DNA of 64,000 bases, taken from positions 186,001 to 250,000 of the forward strand of contig CDROCS010003917.1 of assembly GCA_977020255.1 (NCBI GenBank), written 5' to 3'. Source of the DNA: Obrimoposthia wandeli. Taxonomy: Eukaryota. The notes below the pieces were generated by a model. The model did not search any database. It was not told where the DNA came from and worked only from the letters and a program-made list of their open reading frames with translations. Positions 31,287 to 41,802 of the stretch are shown here, one piece after another. The translations under genes and the position numbers were made by a program. Position 1 is the first letter of the stretch. The number at the start of each line of letters is the position of its first letter.

Positions 31287-32186
31287 TTACTCGGGGCTTT
31301 CCTGGAACGAGCGGCCTTCTAACAAATCCTGTTTACCTTGCACAAACTCTGTCATATAGCGTACAAAAGCTTGCGTTTTAGCATTCTTGCGTAAATCTGG
31401 ATGGCTCAAAATCCATAGTTCGTATTTAGCTTCGCTTGTATAAGGCGGGATGCGCATTAGCTGTGGATCGATATCGCCAATAAAACACGGCAAAACACCT
31501 ATCCCTATGCCATAGCGTGTTGCTAATGCATGTAATTTGCCATTGGCAATTTTGTGTTTGGAGTGCAACTTTGGATATTCGCGAGCAATTTTACCAATCG
31601 GGCGTCTTTGTTTATCGGCCCAACCAATCCAGTTTTGCTGCTCTAGCCAGCCTTTTTGTTGTAAATGCACTTGATACTTTTTTGCCATATAACAAGCTCT
31701 ATGAATAACGGCGAGTTTGCGGCCAATTAAATAATCCGGTGGCTCTTTGGTAATTCGGAACGCGACATCCGCTTCTCGATTTGCCAGATTGAAGAGTGTT
31801 ATTGAATCGACGATCTCTAGCTCTACCTGCGGGTATTTTAGGCAAAATTGCGCACAGCCCTCAAGTAAAAGCTCCTGTCCAATGATATCTGACATCGTCA
31901 CGCGGATTTCACCACGCAGCTCCTCGCTATTACCTAAAATACGCCGTTCGATATTGTTTAAACGTTCTTCTAAATAGGCTGCCTCATTATAAATTTCATC
32001 TCCTAAGCGGGTGCGAAGGTAACCTTGAGGAGTGCGTTCAAATAAACGCTGGCCAAGGGCGTGTTCAAAACTATTGATGCGCCGCGAAACCGTGGCATGG
32101 TTTACTTTCAAATCTTGTGCTGCAGCACGTACAGATCCTGCACGACTAACGGCTAAAAAAAACTTCAAATCATCCCAGTTCAACAT
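31287..32186 (-). CDS. LysR-family regulator
   Basis: 'MLNWDDLKFFLAVSRAGSVRAAAQDLKVNHATVSRRI'. Confidence 0.95.
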   Translation of the reverse strand: MLNWDDLKFFLAVSRAGSVRAAAQDLKVNHATVSRRINSFEHALGQRLFERTPQGYLRTRLGDEIYNEAAYLEERLNNIERRILGNSEELRGEIRVTMSDIIGQELLLEGCAQFCLKYPQVELEIVDSITLFNLANREADVAFRITKEPPDYLIGRKLAVIHRACYMAKKYQVHLQQKGWLEQQNWIGWADKQRRPIGKIAREYPKLHSKHKIANGKLHALATRYGIGIGVLPCFIGDIDPQLMRIPPYTSEAKYELWILSHPDLRKNAKTQAFVRYMTEFVQGKQDLLEGRSFQESPE

Positions 32187-32405
32187 AACAGTTCACTCGC
32201 AGCTTCAATTTATTATAGCAGGCTCTTATTAACTGCCCTTTTAGTAAAACAGCCTTCTATTAAAGCATAAAGAGCTGGTGCATATTTGCAACATGACTTT
32301 GCAATTCTCACTAGTTTTCATTGTTTGTTGATTCTCCTATGCTGATCTCGGTTTACAAAAACAGCATCAGTTATCCGGCTGATGCCTATAAACAGGAGCG
32401 TTAAC

Positions 32406-32933
32406 ATGAGTACTCAGCACAAGAATCTGGATTATGATAAGCAGCATGGTTTCAAATCTAGTATTACAATTGATGCACCAAAGGACAAGGTTTGGAGTGT
32501 TTTGGAAGACTTTAACAATGTATATAGTTGGGCGCCTGGAGTCACTGAATCACATGGTTTAGGTAGTAAATATCAAGAAATTGGAGCATCTCGTTATTGT
32601 AAGTTGTCAGAATTTGGCACCATAGATGAAGTTGTCACCCAGTGGCAGCAAGGTGAAGGCTTTACTTATACTGTTTCACCGTTAGGGCCGTTAAACGATG
32701 CTATCAGTCGCTGGAGTTTGATAGAAATAGATGCTAAAACCACGCGTTTAGAAGTGGAGTTTGCTTACAATATTCGCTTTAGCGTATTAGGCAAAATGAT
32801 GCATCGTTTCGTGATGCGCAAAAAGCTACTCAGCTCTTTACCTGATACTTTGCTAGCACTGAAAAACCGTATTGAAACTGGTAAGTTAGTGCGCCCATTA
32901 ATCAATACACAGCAAGCAGCGAACGCCAATTAA
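32406..32933 (+). CDS. SRPBCC (polyketide cyclase/START-like) protein
   Basis: 'ITIDAPKDKVWSVLEDF.NVYSWAPGV'; start ATG 32406 after aggag. Confidence 0.85.
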   Translation: MSTQHKNLDYDKQHGFKSSITIDAPKDKVWSVLEDFNNVYSWAPGVTESHGLGSKYQEIGASRYCKLSEFGTIDEVVTQWQQGEGFTYTVSPLGPLNDAISRWSLIEIDAKTTRLEVEFAYNIRFSVLGKMMHRFVMRKKLLSSLPDTLLALKNRIETGKLVRPLINTQQAANAN

Positions 32934-32970
32934 TACAAATGTTAATTCGATTTGTAAATGGAATAAAACA

Positions 32971-34002
32971 ATGATTGTTCAAGTTGAGCCGCTATTACAA
33001 GGTGAAAACGCGTTAGATAACGCACCTAAAACAAAATTGGCCGATGGCCGGTTTTGCATTCCACAGCATTATCTTTTTTACCAACATACTCTTAAATCTG
33101 TAGAAGCAGTGGTATTGGATATCGAATTTGACCCGCGCTACGCGATTATTGTTAGCCAAGATCAAGGCGGAATATATATTCAAATTGGTATTATAGGGCA
33201 TGACAACTACCTCGAATCAGCAATACAAGAAAAGGCTAAACTGGTTTATGGGCGCAAGTGGCGGGTAGAATCACAACTGCCCACGTCTGAGATTATTCAA
33301 ACAGTATTTTTAGCTTTAAAGAAAGCGCGTGAGCATGAGGTTCGTGAGCTGTTTAGGTTGAGATGTAATGAAAAAATTACCACACCTTTTAATAACCATC
33401 ATGATGTTATTTTATTGGGTAACAGTCAAAACCGATTGGCAGCAGGCCTATCAGAAGCGCCACAACACGGTCTTGCTGATGTTAAAGAAAACTTGGAGCT
33501 GCTTTTGGCCAGAATCAATTATGATGGTACTTTATTTGAGTTGTCAAATGTTAGCAAAACCTTGAGTAATCACTATCTAGTAGAACTAAAGCTACACAGC
33601 GATGGTAACCCGCAATGTCAAATAATCGAGCTGACTGAAACCAAATATTTGAATTTGGTGGTAGAACATCTCAATTTTAATAATATCCTCCAGCAAATGA
33701 TGCAGCAATTAATTAACTTAAGTGATCGATATGTCGATGAACATTTTTATTTTCGAAGCTTTAATCGCTTTAGTTGGCAGCATGACGTAGATGTTATCGC
33801 TCAACTTTCATCTGAAGTACGCCAACTACATAAGCAAACACAGGCTAAAAAATTTGCGCAACGTTGGCAAAAAGAAAATGATGAAACAGATCGCAGTCGT
33901 ATACCTATTCTTGAGCTCGGCCCTTTATGGGTAAAAATAAAAGATCAACTCGCAGAGTTCTCGCCGATAGAAAGCACTTTGCCTATCACTAAGATCTGCT
34001 AA
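32971..34002 (+). CDS. Hypothetical protein with an internal two-fold repeat
   Basis: 343-aa ORF; no catalytic family recognised. Confidence 0.8.
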   Translation: MIVQVEPLLQGENALDNAPKTKLADGRFCIPQHYLFYQHTLKSVEAVVLDIEFDPRYAIIVSQDQGGIYIQIGIIGHDNYLESAIQEKAKLVYGRKWRVESQLPTSEIIQTVFLALKKAREHEVRELFRLRCNEKITTPFNNHHDVILLGNSQNRLAAGLSEAPQHGLADVKENLELLLARINYDGTLFELSNVSKTLSNHYLVELKLHSDGNPQCQIIELTETKYLNLVVEHLNFNNILQQMMQQLINLSDRYVDEHFYFRSFNRFSWQHDVDVIAQLSSEVRQLHKQTQAKKFAQRWQKENDETDRSRIPILELGPLWVKIKDQLAEFSPIESTLPITKIC

Positions 34003-34066
34003 ATACGCTTTTTCAATGAAAGTAATAAAGATTAGGATTATCAATTATGTAATTTGCAAACGACAG

Positions 34067-34981
34067 CTACTTTACCAGCAACTGCGAACATTTTGTTCTT
34101 AATATATCTCTTAGTAGTAGGATTGCAGGGGTGATTTGCTGTCGATTTGGACACAATAAATTCAATGCGATTTTTTTAGATTGGTAGTCGGGTAGTATTC
34201 TAATTAACCTGCCAGCAAGTAAATCTGCAGCTATGTCCAATCTGGATTTGTAGGCAATACCTTTGCCTGCTATCGCCCAACGTTTCACAACATCACCATC
34301 ATTAGCGGTGCGGTTGCTATCAATGTTTATTTTTATTTTCTCATTTGAGTCTTCTTTACAACTAAATAATTCCCATTGTTTATCAATTCTATTATTTAGT
34401 TGGAATAATAAGCAATTATGATCAAGTAATTCATAAGGTGTCTGTGGGGTGCCGTGAATGGCTAAATATTCTGGGGAAGCGACTAGTACTCGCTCTATTT
34501 TTGCCAATTCAAAGGCAACCATAGAAGAGTCTGGTTGGTCGCCATATCTTATGGCTAAATCAACTTTGTCTAAGTAAAAATCTGCGAGAGAATCACCTAA
34601 TAATAGTTTGAATGATAAATTCTGATGTGAAGCCATTATTTCATCGATCCAATTTAGCAGTATATTTCTGCCTAAATCAGAAGGTATTGAAATAGTTAAA
34701 TCACCAGCCACTTTACCGTCGATGGCATGAATTGCCGTTTTACCCAAATCAAGCGCTGCAATGGCTTTACGACAATAGAGTAAAAAACGTTCACCTTCTG
34801 CAGTGATTCTTAGTTGGCGAGTGGAGCGAATGAACAGCTGCACTTGCAATTGCTTTTCTAAGCGTTTTAAAGCGGCACTTGCCGTAGCGCTTGATATATC
34901 AAGTTGTTCAGCTGCACGTGAAATGCTGCCGCTATCCGCTGTATGTATAAAAAGTGTGAGATCTTTAGTATTCATTATCAA
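34067..34981 (-). CDS. LysR-family regulator
   Basis: 'SGSISRAAEQLDISSATASAALKRLE'; divergent from the Zn-ADH gene. Confidence 0.95.
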   Translation of the reverse strand: MIMNTKDLTLFIHTADSGSISRAAEQLDISSATASAALKRLEKQLQVQLFIRSTRQLRITAEGERFLLYCRKAIAALDLGKTAIHAIDGKVAGDLTISIPSDLGRNILLNWIDEIMASHQNLSFKLLLGDSLADFYLDKVDLAIRYGDQPDSSMVAFELAKIERVLVASPEYLAIHGTPQTPYELLDHNCLLFQLNNRIDKQWELFSCKEDSNEKIKINIDSNRTANDGDVVKRWAIAGKGIAYKSRLDIAADLLAGRLIRILPDYQSKKIALNLLCPNRQQITPAILLLRDILRTKCSQLLVK

Positions 34982-35174
34982 AAATTTATTGATTAAGTTT
35001 CTTTTATTACCCTGTTTATATCATGAATAGAATATCTAATAATAGTACCAACAGTAAATGATTACTTTTTTAGGCGGATAAAGCGCGTTAAAAAGCCATT
35101 AAGTAAGCTGACATAAAGCATGGATCAATCAAGCATAATATTACTTAACCAATCAACCGAGTATAGGTGAAAGC

Positions 35175-36245
35175 ATGAAAGCGATAGGATATTTAAAACC
35201 ATCAAAAATAGATCAAACAGATGCACTTATTGATATCGAGTTGCCTAAGCCTATTGCGCTTGGCCGAGACTTGTTAATCAAAGTGCAAGCAATTTCAGTT
35301 AACCCAGTTGATACCAAAGTGCGTGCTAACAAATCACCCGAAGCTGGGAAATACAAAGTACTTGGTTGGGATGGTGTGGGTGAAGTTGTCGCAAAAGGAG
35401 AGTTGGTCGAAGCATTCAATATTGGTGATCAAGTGTGGTATGCCGGTGACGTGACTAGAGAGGGCACTAATGCAGAATATCAGCTGGTAGATGAACGTAT
35501 TGTAGGCAACAAACCACAATCACTATCTAATATTCAAGCAGCAGCACTGCCTTTAACGGCCATTACAGCTTGGGAGCTACTTTTTGATCGTTTAGGTTTT
35601 GAAATAATTTTGCCTAATAATGATTATGCTCAAACTCGCATAAAACAAAATGAATTCACCATCCAAAATAAGCCGCAAGAACATATTTTGATTATAGGCG
35701 CCGCGGGTGGTGTAGGCTCAATTTTAGTACAGCTAGCGGCGAAGTTAACTAATGCAAAAGTGATTGGAACGGCGTCCAGGCCAGAAAGTAAAGAGTGGGT
35801 AGAAAACTTAGGTGCAGATTTTGTTATTAATCATCATCAACCAATGTTAGCGCAATTACAGGCTTTAGGCATTAATGAAGTCAGTCATGTGATTAGCTTA
35901 ACTCATACAGATCAGCATTTTGAACAGATTGTAGAAGCAATAGCGCCACAGGGCAAATTCGCTTTAATAGATGACCCCGCTACGCCTTTAGATATTATGA
36001 AACTAAAAATGAAAGCTGTTTCATTACATTGGGAATCAATGTTTACCCGCTCTATGTTTACTACTTGGGATATGCAAAAACAACAGCAATTACTGAATCA
36101 ATTATCGATGCTAGTTGATCAAAGGGTTATTAAAACCACAATTGGTGAACACTATGGGAAAATAAACGCAGCAAACTTGCGACGCGCCCATGCTCATCTT
36201 GAAAGTAATAGCGCGGTAGGAAAAATAGTTTTAGAAGCTTTCTAG
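35175..36245 (+). CDS. Zinc-binding alcohol dehydrogenase / quinone oxidoreductase family
   Basis: 'AISVNPVDTK', 'GWDGVG', 'IGAAGGVGS', 'WESMFTRS'. Confidence 0.92.
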   Translation: MKAIGYLKPSKIDQTDALIDIELPKPIALGRDLLIKVQAISVNPVDTKVRANKSPEAGKYKVLGWDGVGEVVAKGELVEAFNIGDQVWYAGDVTREGTNAEYQLVDERIVGNKPQSLSNIQAAALPLTAITAWELLFDRLGFEIILPNNDYAQTRIKQNEFTIQNKPQEHILIIGAAGGVGSILVQLAAKLTNAKVIGTASRPESKEWVENLGADFVINHHQPMLAQLQALGINEVSHVISLTHTDQHFEQIVEAIAPQGKFALIDDPATPLDIMKLKMKAVSLHWESMFTRSMFTTWDMQKQQQLLNQLSMLVDQRVIKTTIGEHYGKINAANLRRAHAHLESNSAVGKIVLEAF

Positions 36246-36302
36246 CTTAAATGTTTGTCGCAGAAAATATACCGAGTCAATTGCATTAAAATGAGAGAGA
36301 CC

Positions 36303-36593
36303 ATGGCTAATAAATTAACGATACTTGCGAAAATCGAAGCAAAAGCAGATCAAGTAGCACTTGTCAAAGCAGCGCTAATAAAGCTTATCGAGCCTACACG
36401 AAAAGAAACAGGTTGTTTACAGTATGATTTGCATCAGGATAACGAGCATCCTGAGATTTTCGTATTCTATGAAAACTGGCACTCTAGAGCATTGTGGCAA
36501 GAGCATATGAATAACGAGCACTTAAAAGAATACATGCGCGAAACAGAAGGGGCGGTAGCTGATTTTAGTATAAATGAAATGACTCACTTATAA
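36303..36593 (+). CDS. Putative quinol monooxygenase (ABM domain)
   Basis: 'PTRKETGCLQYDLHQD', 'FYENW'; start ATG 36303. Confidence 0.9.
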   Translation: MANKLTILAKIEAKADQVALVKAALIKLIEPTRKETGCLQYDLHQDNEHPEIFVFYENWHSRALWQEHMNNEHLKEYMRETEGAVADFSINEMTHL

Positions 36594-37024
36594 CTTGTTA
36601 GTTAATTACCCGCGGCGAATCGTTCAAAGGCATAGCCCCGGTTCAATGGATTGTACGCCTACTGGGGGCTGCGGTATCTTGCTGCCGCGGCTTAGCTTTG
36701 CTGTGTAATAAAAATATGTTCATCTGTATTGCACAAATAAACAATAATTAAGCTAAAGTTTTATGTGGTTGTTCACACATGCTGCTAACTTAATAGAAAG
36801 CTAGATGATCGTGGAGTTTTCAGGAAAGTGGTCTAGTTGGGTTATTGTTGTTATCTAGTTCCTTAAATTTATAACTCCTTAAATTTACGTTAACTGCAAA
36901 TACTATTTCACTGAAAAAGGGTAATTTAACTACAGCGGTAGAAAGGGAGTATAGCTACCGCTCTTTAAATGTGCTTTGTAAAAAAGGCCCTTTATAATCG
37001 CTACTGTAAAGGTTTCTTTATTAC

Positions 37025-37915
37025 TTAAACTGAAAGTGTTTGCAACTGTAGTATTAGCATGTCGAGCATGGTTCGCAGCGTATTAGACATATGCCGACGC
37101 GAGCTATATAGCCCGTAAATACCGAGCTTTTGTGGCGCGTATTGTGGGAGTATGGGTACCAGCAGCCCTTTTTTGATATAAGCATTTGCGGAATATTTAG
37201 GCTGCAGCGATATCCCTAGCCCCTGTAGTGCAGCTTGTAAAATCACTGATGGATCATCAGCAGTAAAATTCCCGTTTACAGGCACAGATAGCGCTTCATC
37301 ATTATGAGAAAAGTGCCATAAACTCTTGCCGAATCTAGAATAAGTTAAACAATTATGATTACTTAAATCATCGAGCTTGGTAATACTGTTATGTTGTTGT
37401 AGATATTCAGGTGTTGCACAAATAACGGAATGGCATTGGCCTAGTTGGCGCGCGATCAAATTGGGGTCTAAATCGTTAGTTATTCGAATGGCTAAATCAA
37501 TGCGTTCTTTTATTAAATTGACGGCTAAATTGCTGATATGTAAATCCACAGACACTAGCGGATTATTTTTTAGAAAATCTTGAAATAACGGCATCAGCAC
37601 ATCTTGGCTAAAGCTCAGCGAGCATGCAATGCGCAAAGATCCACTGAGTGAGTCGGCGCTATTTTGGGAATCAATGTTAACTTCATCTGCAATAGATTGA
37701 AGTTTTTGGCATTGAATCAGCATTTTTTCGCCAGCAGGTGACAAGCTAATGCTACGTGTTGAACGGTGAAGTAACCTAGCACCAGCCCACTGTTCCATAG
37801 TGTTTAAATATCGTGTCACCATGGAACGAGACATATCTAAGCTATCGGCAGCGCCGGTTAAGCTACTGTGTTCTACAATACTGATGAAGACCTTAGCTGC
37901 TATTATTCTATCCAT
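37025..37915 (-). CDS. LysR-family regulator
   Basis: 'SLTGAADSLDMSRSMVTRYL'; divergent from the MBL gene. Confidence 0.95.
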   Translation of the reverse strand: MDRIIAAKVFISIVEHSSLTGAADSLDMSRSMVTRYLNTMEQWAGARLLHRSTRSISLSPAGEKMLIQCQKLQSIADEVNIDSQNSADSLSGSLRIACSLSFSQDVLMPLFQDFLKNNPLVSVDLHISNLAVNLIKERIDLAIRITNDLDPNLIARQLGQCHSVICATPEYLQQHNSITKLDDLSNHNCLTYSRFGKSLWHFSHNDEALSVPVNGNFTADDPSVILQAALQGLGISLQPKYSANAYIKKGLLVPILPQYAPQKLGIYGLYSSRRHMSNTLRTMLDMLILQLQTLSV

Positions 37916-38127
37916 AATGATTACCTTGTTGGTAAAGCTTCAACCAAAGTGCCTTTATAAATTCCCGCTTACTGAGCGGCGTTTAATTTACAAAAATAAT
38001 ACAGTAATTTGCCAACAATAAAACTTATATGATCTAATACTGCAACAATGAAGCTCATTTTATCGGGTTTATTGTTCGAATATTGCAACGTATATTATCT
38101 GAAACCCACCTACATAAGGAATCAGAG

Positions 38128-39018
38128 ATGTCTAAAGTATTTCGTAAAACAGTAATTGCTACCACCTTGAGCATTTCTTTGGCCAGTTTGGCCCAAGCTG
38201 CAGCGCTAAAAACCCAAGTCTTTAACCCGGGATCTAATAGTATATTCCCAGTGACTTCTACGCTCATTACAGGGCCAACAGAAGCGATACTGATTGATGC
38301 ACAGTTTCAACGTAATGATGCAAAAAGTGTGTTGAAAATGATTCAAAACAGCGGGAAAGAGCTAACGACAATCTATGTAAGTCACGGTGATCCGGATTTT
38401 TATTTTGGCTTAGATGTTATTACTGCTGCATATCCAAAAGCTAAAGTTGTCGCATCCATGGAAACGATCAAACATATAAAAAGTACTGTAACTAAGAAGG
38501 TTGCTTATTGGGGGCCTATCTTAAAAGAAAACGCGCCTTTAACTACCGTGATACCAACGCTAGTTACAACAGATACTTTACTGGTTGATGGCGAAAAAAT
38601 AAAAATTATGGGCTTAAAAGGTGATAATCCTAAACATACATTTGTATGGCTACCAAAGTTGAAAACAGCATTAGGAGGCGTGATTGTTTATAAAAATGTG
38701 CATGTATGGATGGCCGATAGCCAAACTGAAAAATCCCGTAGTTTATGGATAGATACTTTAAATCAATTGTTAGCGTTAAAACCTGAAAAAGTGATTCCAG
38801 GGCATTTTATAAAGAATGAATCTGCCAAGATAAGCACTAAATATCAAAGTGTTAACTTTACAAAATCTTACATAAGCGCATTTTCAAATGCTGCTAAAAA
38901 GGCAACAGACTCAACGGCTCTTATTGAAAGTATGAAAGCGAGCTACCCAGCCTTTACGAATATAGGTGATCTTAGCTTAAGTGCAAAAGTGATAAAAAAG
39001 GAAATGCAGTGGCCATAA
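38128..39018 (+). CDS. Secreted metallo-beta-lactamase-fold protein (Vmh-like)
   Basis: Signal peptide; 'YVSHGDPDFYFG', 'VIPGH'; start ATG 38128. Confidence 0.88.
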   Translation: MSKVFRKTVIATTLSISLASLAQAAALKTQVFNPGSNSIFPVTSTLITGPTEAILIDAQFQRNDAKSVLKMIQNSGKELTTIYVSHGDPDFYFGLDVITAAYPKAKVVASMETIKHIKSTVTKKVAYWGPILKENAPLTTVIPTLVTTDTLLVDGEKIKIMGLKGDNPKHTFVWLPKLKTALGGVIVYKNVHVWMADSQTEKSRSLWIDTLNQLLALKPEKVIPGHFIKNESAKISTKYQSVNFTKSYISAFSNAAKKATDSTALIESMKASYPAFTNIGDLSLSAKVIKKEMQWP

Positions 39019-39336
39019 TTTTGGGCAAGATAGAATGTATCAGTTAAGATAAAAGGAAGTCAAAAGAAAGGCAAAAGAAACTAAAGAGCTGCTTAATGAA
39101 GTCGCTCTTTAGTGCGCATATGTGTTGTTATTATAGCGATTAAAGAGAGCTAATTTCAAATCTTATAAACGCAGCTGCATAAAACACTTCTAATGCAGCA
39201 AAATCGTGCCAGTGTTGCTCTCGATTATCTAAGTCAAATGCACTGTAATAAAGCTTAAATAACAATAGCTCTAAGGCTTATAACAGAGTGATAACTTTTC
39301 TAATGACGAGCTATAAATAAAAATATTTCACATCTT

Positions 39337-39365
39337 TGCATCTAAAATTGCCTTACAAATCGTTT
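39337..39365 (+). promoter_or_regulatory. Possible ECF-sigma promoter
   Basis: tgcatc-N18-cgttt upstream of 39473, loosely like promoters of RskA-controlled ECFs. Confidence 0.25.
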
Positions 39366-39472
39366 CTATAGATGAGTTTCTAATTTAGAACGTCTATCCA
39401 GACCCAGACAATACTCAGCAAGTGCTAAACAATCACTCATCTAAAGAACATTATAAATTAAAGGGCTTTACC

Positions 39473-39886
39473 ATGTCGCAATTAAAGAAGATCGTCATTC
39501 CTTTCGTAGCAGCTGTAAGTTTAATAGCTGCTGGCAGTGCTCATTCAGCTAATGACTATTCGAACCAGGCACTGCCTGTACAATTAAGCATAGTGAAAAC
39601 TTCATTAGGTGGAGTATTAGCCAATAATAAAGGGCTTACTGTGTATAGTTTCGATAAAGATAAACAAGGAGTTTCAGAATGTTACGGCCCTTGCGCGAGT
39701 AAATGGCCACCAGTATTAGCAACCTCGTCATTCTCAAAAGGTAAATTTAGCACTGCACAACGAGCAGATGGCAGTACTCAAGTTCGCTATAACAATAAAC
39801 CATTATACCTTTGGGTTGGCGACAAAAAACCAGGGGAAACGAATGGCGACAACATTAAAAATGTGTGGCACATTATCAATCTATAG
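39473..39886 (+). CDS. Secreted COG4315-type protein (Yx(FWY)xxD repeats)
   Basis: 'GLTVYSFDKD', 'CYGPCASKWPP', 'Y.NKPLYLWVGDKKPG'. Confidence 0.88.
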   Translation: MSQLKKIVIPFVAAVSLIAAGSAHSANDYSNQALPVQLSIVKTSLGGVLANNKGLTVYSFDKDKQGVSECYGPCASKWPPVLATSSFSKGKFSTAQRADGSTQVRYNNKPLYLWVGDKKPGETNGDNIKNVWHIINL

Positions 39887-39963
39887 CTAACATTTGATAG
39901 AGATCTACCAGTAGAAGCTATTTTACTGGTTTAAAATGACGTTTTGACTCAAGAAGGTAGCAT

Positions 39964-40491
39964 GTGAACCAAGATGAAATTAACCCGTTAATTGTTAATA
40001 TCTCTTTAAAAAACCAACAGGCATTCAAGCAACTTTATGAGCTTTGTAGCCCTAAGTTATATGGCTTATTAATTAAGATAATTATTGATAAGGAGATAGC
40101 AGCTGATACGTTACAAGAAGTGTTTACCAAAATTTGGTTAAATGCCGAAAAATGCGATCTCAGCCTAGGCAATGGCTGGCCATGGATGTGCCAATTAGCC
40201 AGGAATACTGCATTTGATAAACTCAGAAAAATGCATAAATATCCCAGCAGCATTGAAGAAGTGAATTGGCAAGAAGACGGCGAAGATAAAAATCAGCAGT
40301 GGCAAAGTAATATCGACTTAAATAGCTGCTTAGGCAAGCTCAATCCTAAACCACGTAATGCTATTATCCTCTCATATTTACACGGTTTTTCACATGTTCA
40401 GTTAAGCCAAAAACTTGCATTACCACTAGGTACGTTAAAATCGACTATTCGACGGGCAATGAAGGAGCTAGAGCTTTGTCTAAAACTTTAA
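39964..40491 (+). CDS. ECF sigma factor (SigK-like)
   Basis: Region 2 'ADTLQEVFTKIW', 'WMCQLARNTAFD'; region 4 'LPLGTLKSTIRR'. Confidence 0.92.
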   Translation: MNQDEINPLIVNISLKNQQAFKQLYELCSPKLYGLLIKIIIDKEIAADTLQEVFTKIWLNAEKCDLSLGNGWPWMCQLARNTAFDKLRKMHKYPSSIEEVNWQEDGEDKNQQWQSNIDLNSCLGKLNPKPRNAIILSYLHGFSHVQLSQKLALPLGTLKSTIRRAMKELELCLKL

Positions 40492-41183
40492 GATACCAAA
40501 AACTAGTAATAAGACAACATCTTGCGCAGCAATACGCACTTAATAATTTAAGCGATTTGACAGTTAGAAGGCTGGAAAAGTTAATGAGTAACGAACCAGA
40601 ATTTAAAAAGCTTGTTTACCGTTGGCAAGAAAAGCTCACTGTTATTGTTGATGCGATACCTGAACAGCAACCACCGAAAACAGTTTGGAGTGCACTTTGT
40701 GCTCAACACAATTTGGTGTCTCCCAATAAGCAAAAAAGTATTTGGGGTAGCTGGTTTTGGCCAAGTTCATTTGCTTTTGCTTTATCTGCGCTAATCATTG
40801 TGAGCCTACAGTTATATAAATTACCTGTGATTAACACTCAATTTTCACCTAGTTATACCGCAGTTATGAACAAAGCAGATAATAGCCTTCGTTTTGTGAT
40901 TAATGCTTATGCGGGCTTAACGCCCGGTAAATCGCAATTAAAAATTCAGTGGGATCAAAATGTAAGCTCTGAAGATTTGACTGGATTAACCCTTTGGTCA
41001 ATAGCCAGAGGAACGGGTAAAGCTGAGAAAATCGATAACATTGAAGTGCTAGCGAGTCAGCAGTATTTCTTCTCAAAAGAGCATTGGTTAAAGATTAAAA
41101 ATAGCGAGTACTTAGAAGTAAAACGCGGTAATGAAATCGTTTATAGAGGGGAATGTATACAACTATCTAGCTGGAAGAGTTAA
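40476..41183 (+). CDS. Anti-sigma factor (RskA-like, divergent)
   Basis: 'LAQQYALNNL', 'PEQQPPKTVWSAL', one TM segment; overlaps the sigma gene. Confidence 0.75.
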   Translation: MSKTLRYQKLVIRQHLAQQYALNNLSDLTVRRLEKLMSNEPEFKKLVYRWQEKLTVIVDAIPEQQPPKTVWSALCAQHNLVSPNKQKSIWGSWFWPSSFAFALSALIIVSLQLYKLPVINTQFSPSYTAVMNKADNSLRFVINAYAGLTPGKSQLKIQWDQNVSSEDLTGLTLWSIARGTGKAEKIDNIEVLASQQYFFSKEHWLKIKNSEYLEVKRGNEIVYRGECIQLSSWKS

Positions 41184-41220
41184 TGGTATTGCAGCGATAC
41201 TGCTAAATGTCTGGCGCAAA

Positions 41221-41248
41221 AGGGATGATGATGTAGGTCATCATCCCT
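41221..41248. terminator. 11-bp inverted repeat hairpin after the anti-sigma gene
   Basis: agggatgatga-tgtagg-tcatcatccct. Confidence 0.45.
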
Positions 41249-41802
41249 CGCTGCGCACAGCTAAACTGACAGAAAACTAAGGCGTAAATTCTGAGTTTAG
41301 TGATATTTAGTACACCGAAAAGGCGGCAGTGATGGGCTTTGTACGCAGTGGTTTCTTTACGATAAGTCAAATATTCGGCAATTTTTAAACTGACTTGGGC
41401 AGTCATGTAAGCGTGTTACTCTTCGAATGATAGAAGCGATAATTTAGAAATCTACTTAAAATCAACCTCCAATTCAGCATGTTATTCTCTTCGTTTTTGG
41501 TATCAGAAATAATCGTCATTATGTATTCGCCATTGTCGGAACCAAGCAGAGTACTTTCATTCAATTTGTGTCTATAACACCTTGATATCCACAAGGCATG
41601 TGCTGAATTGTGTTGTTTGTTCGTGTTGCACAAGAGTCTTTTAATTCATTGCGCAAGTTCCTTTTCGTTCATTACGAAAGTTCAGCTATACCTAATGTAA
41701 AGGAAGCAATGTTTGTATTTAAAGTGAAAATAACTAATGGCACAGTGCAGATCTATGAAGATTGCAATAAAGCAATCTTGCCAAATCTAACTGAGAGTTA
41801 TT

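Noticed and set aside
41203-41633. Weak LuxR-HTH-like ('IAEYL..LNI..YAL') and DDE-like ('GSDNGEY') peptides
   Set aside because: Matches are too short to separate from chance.
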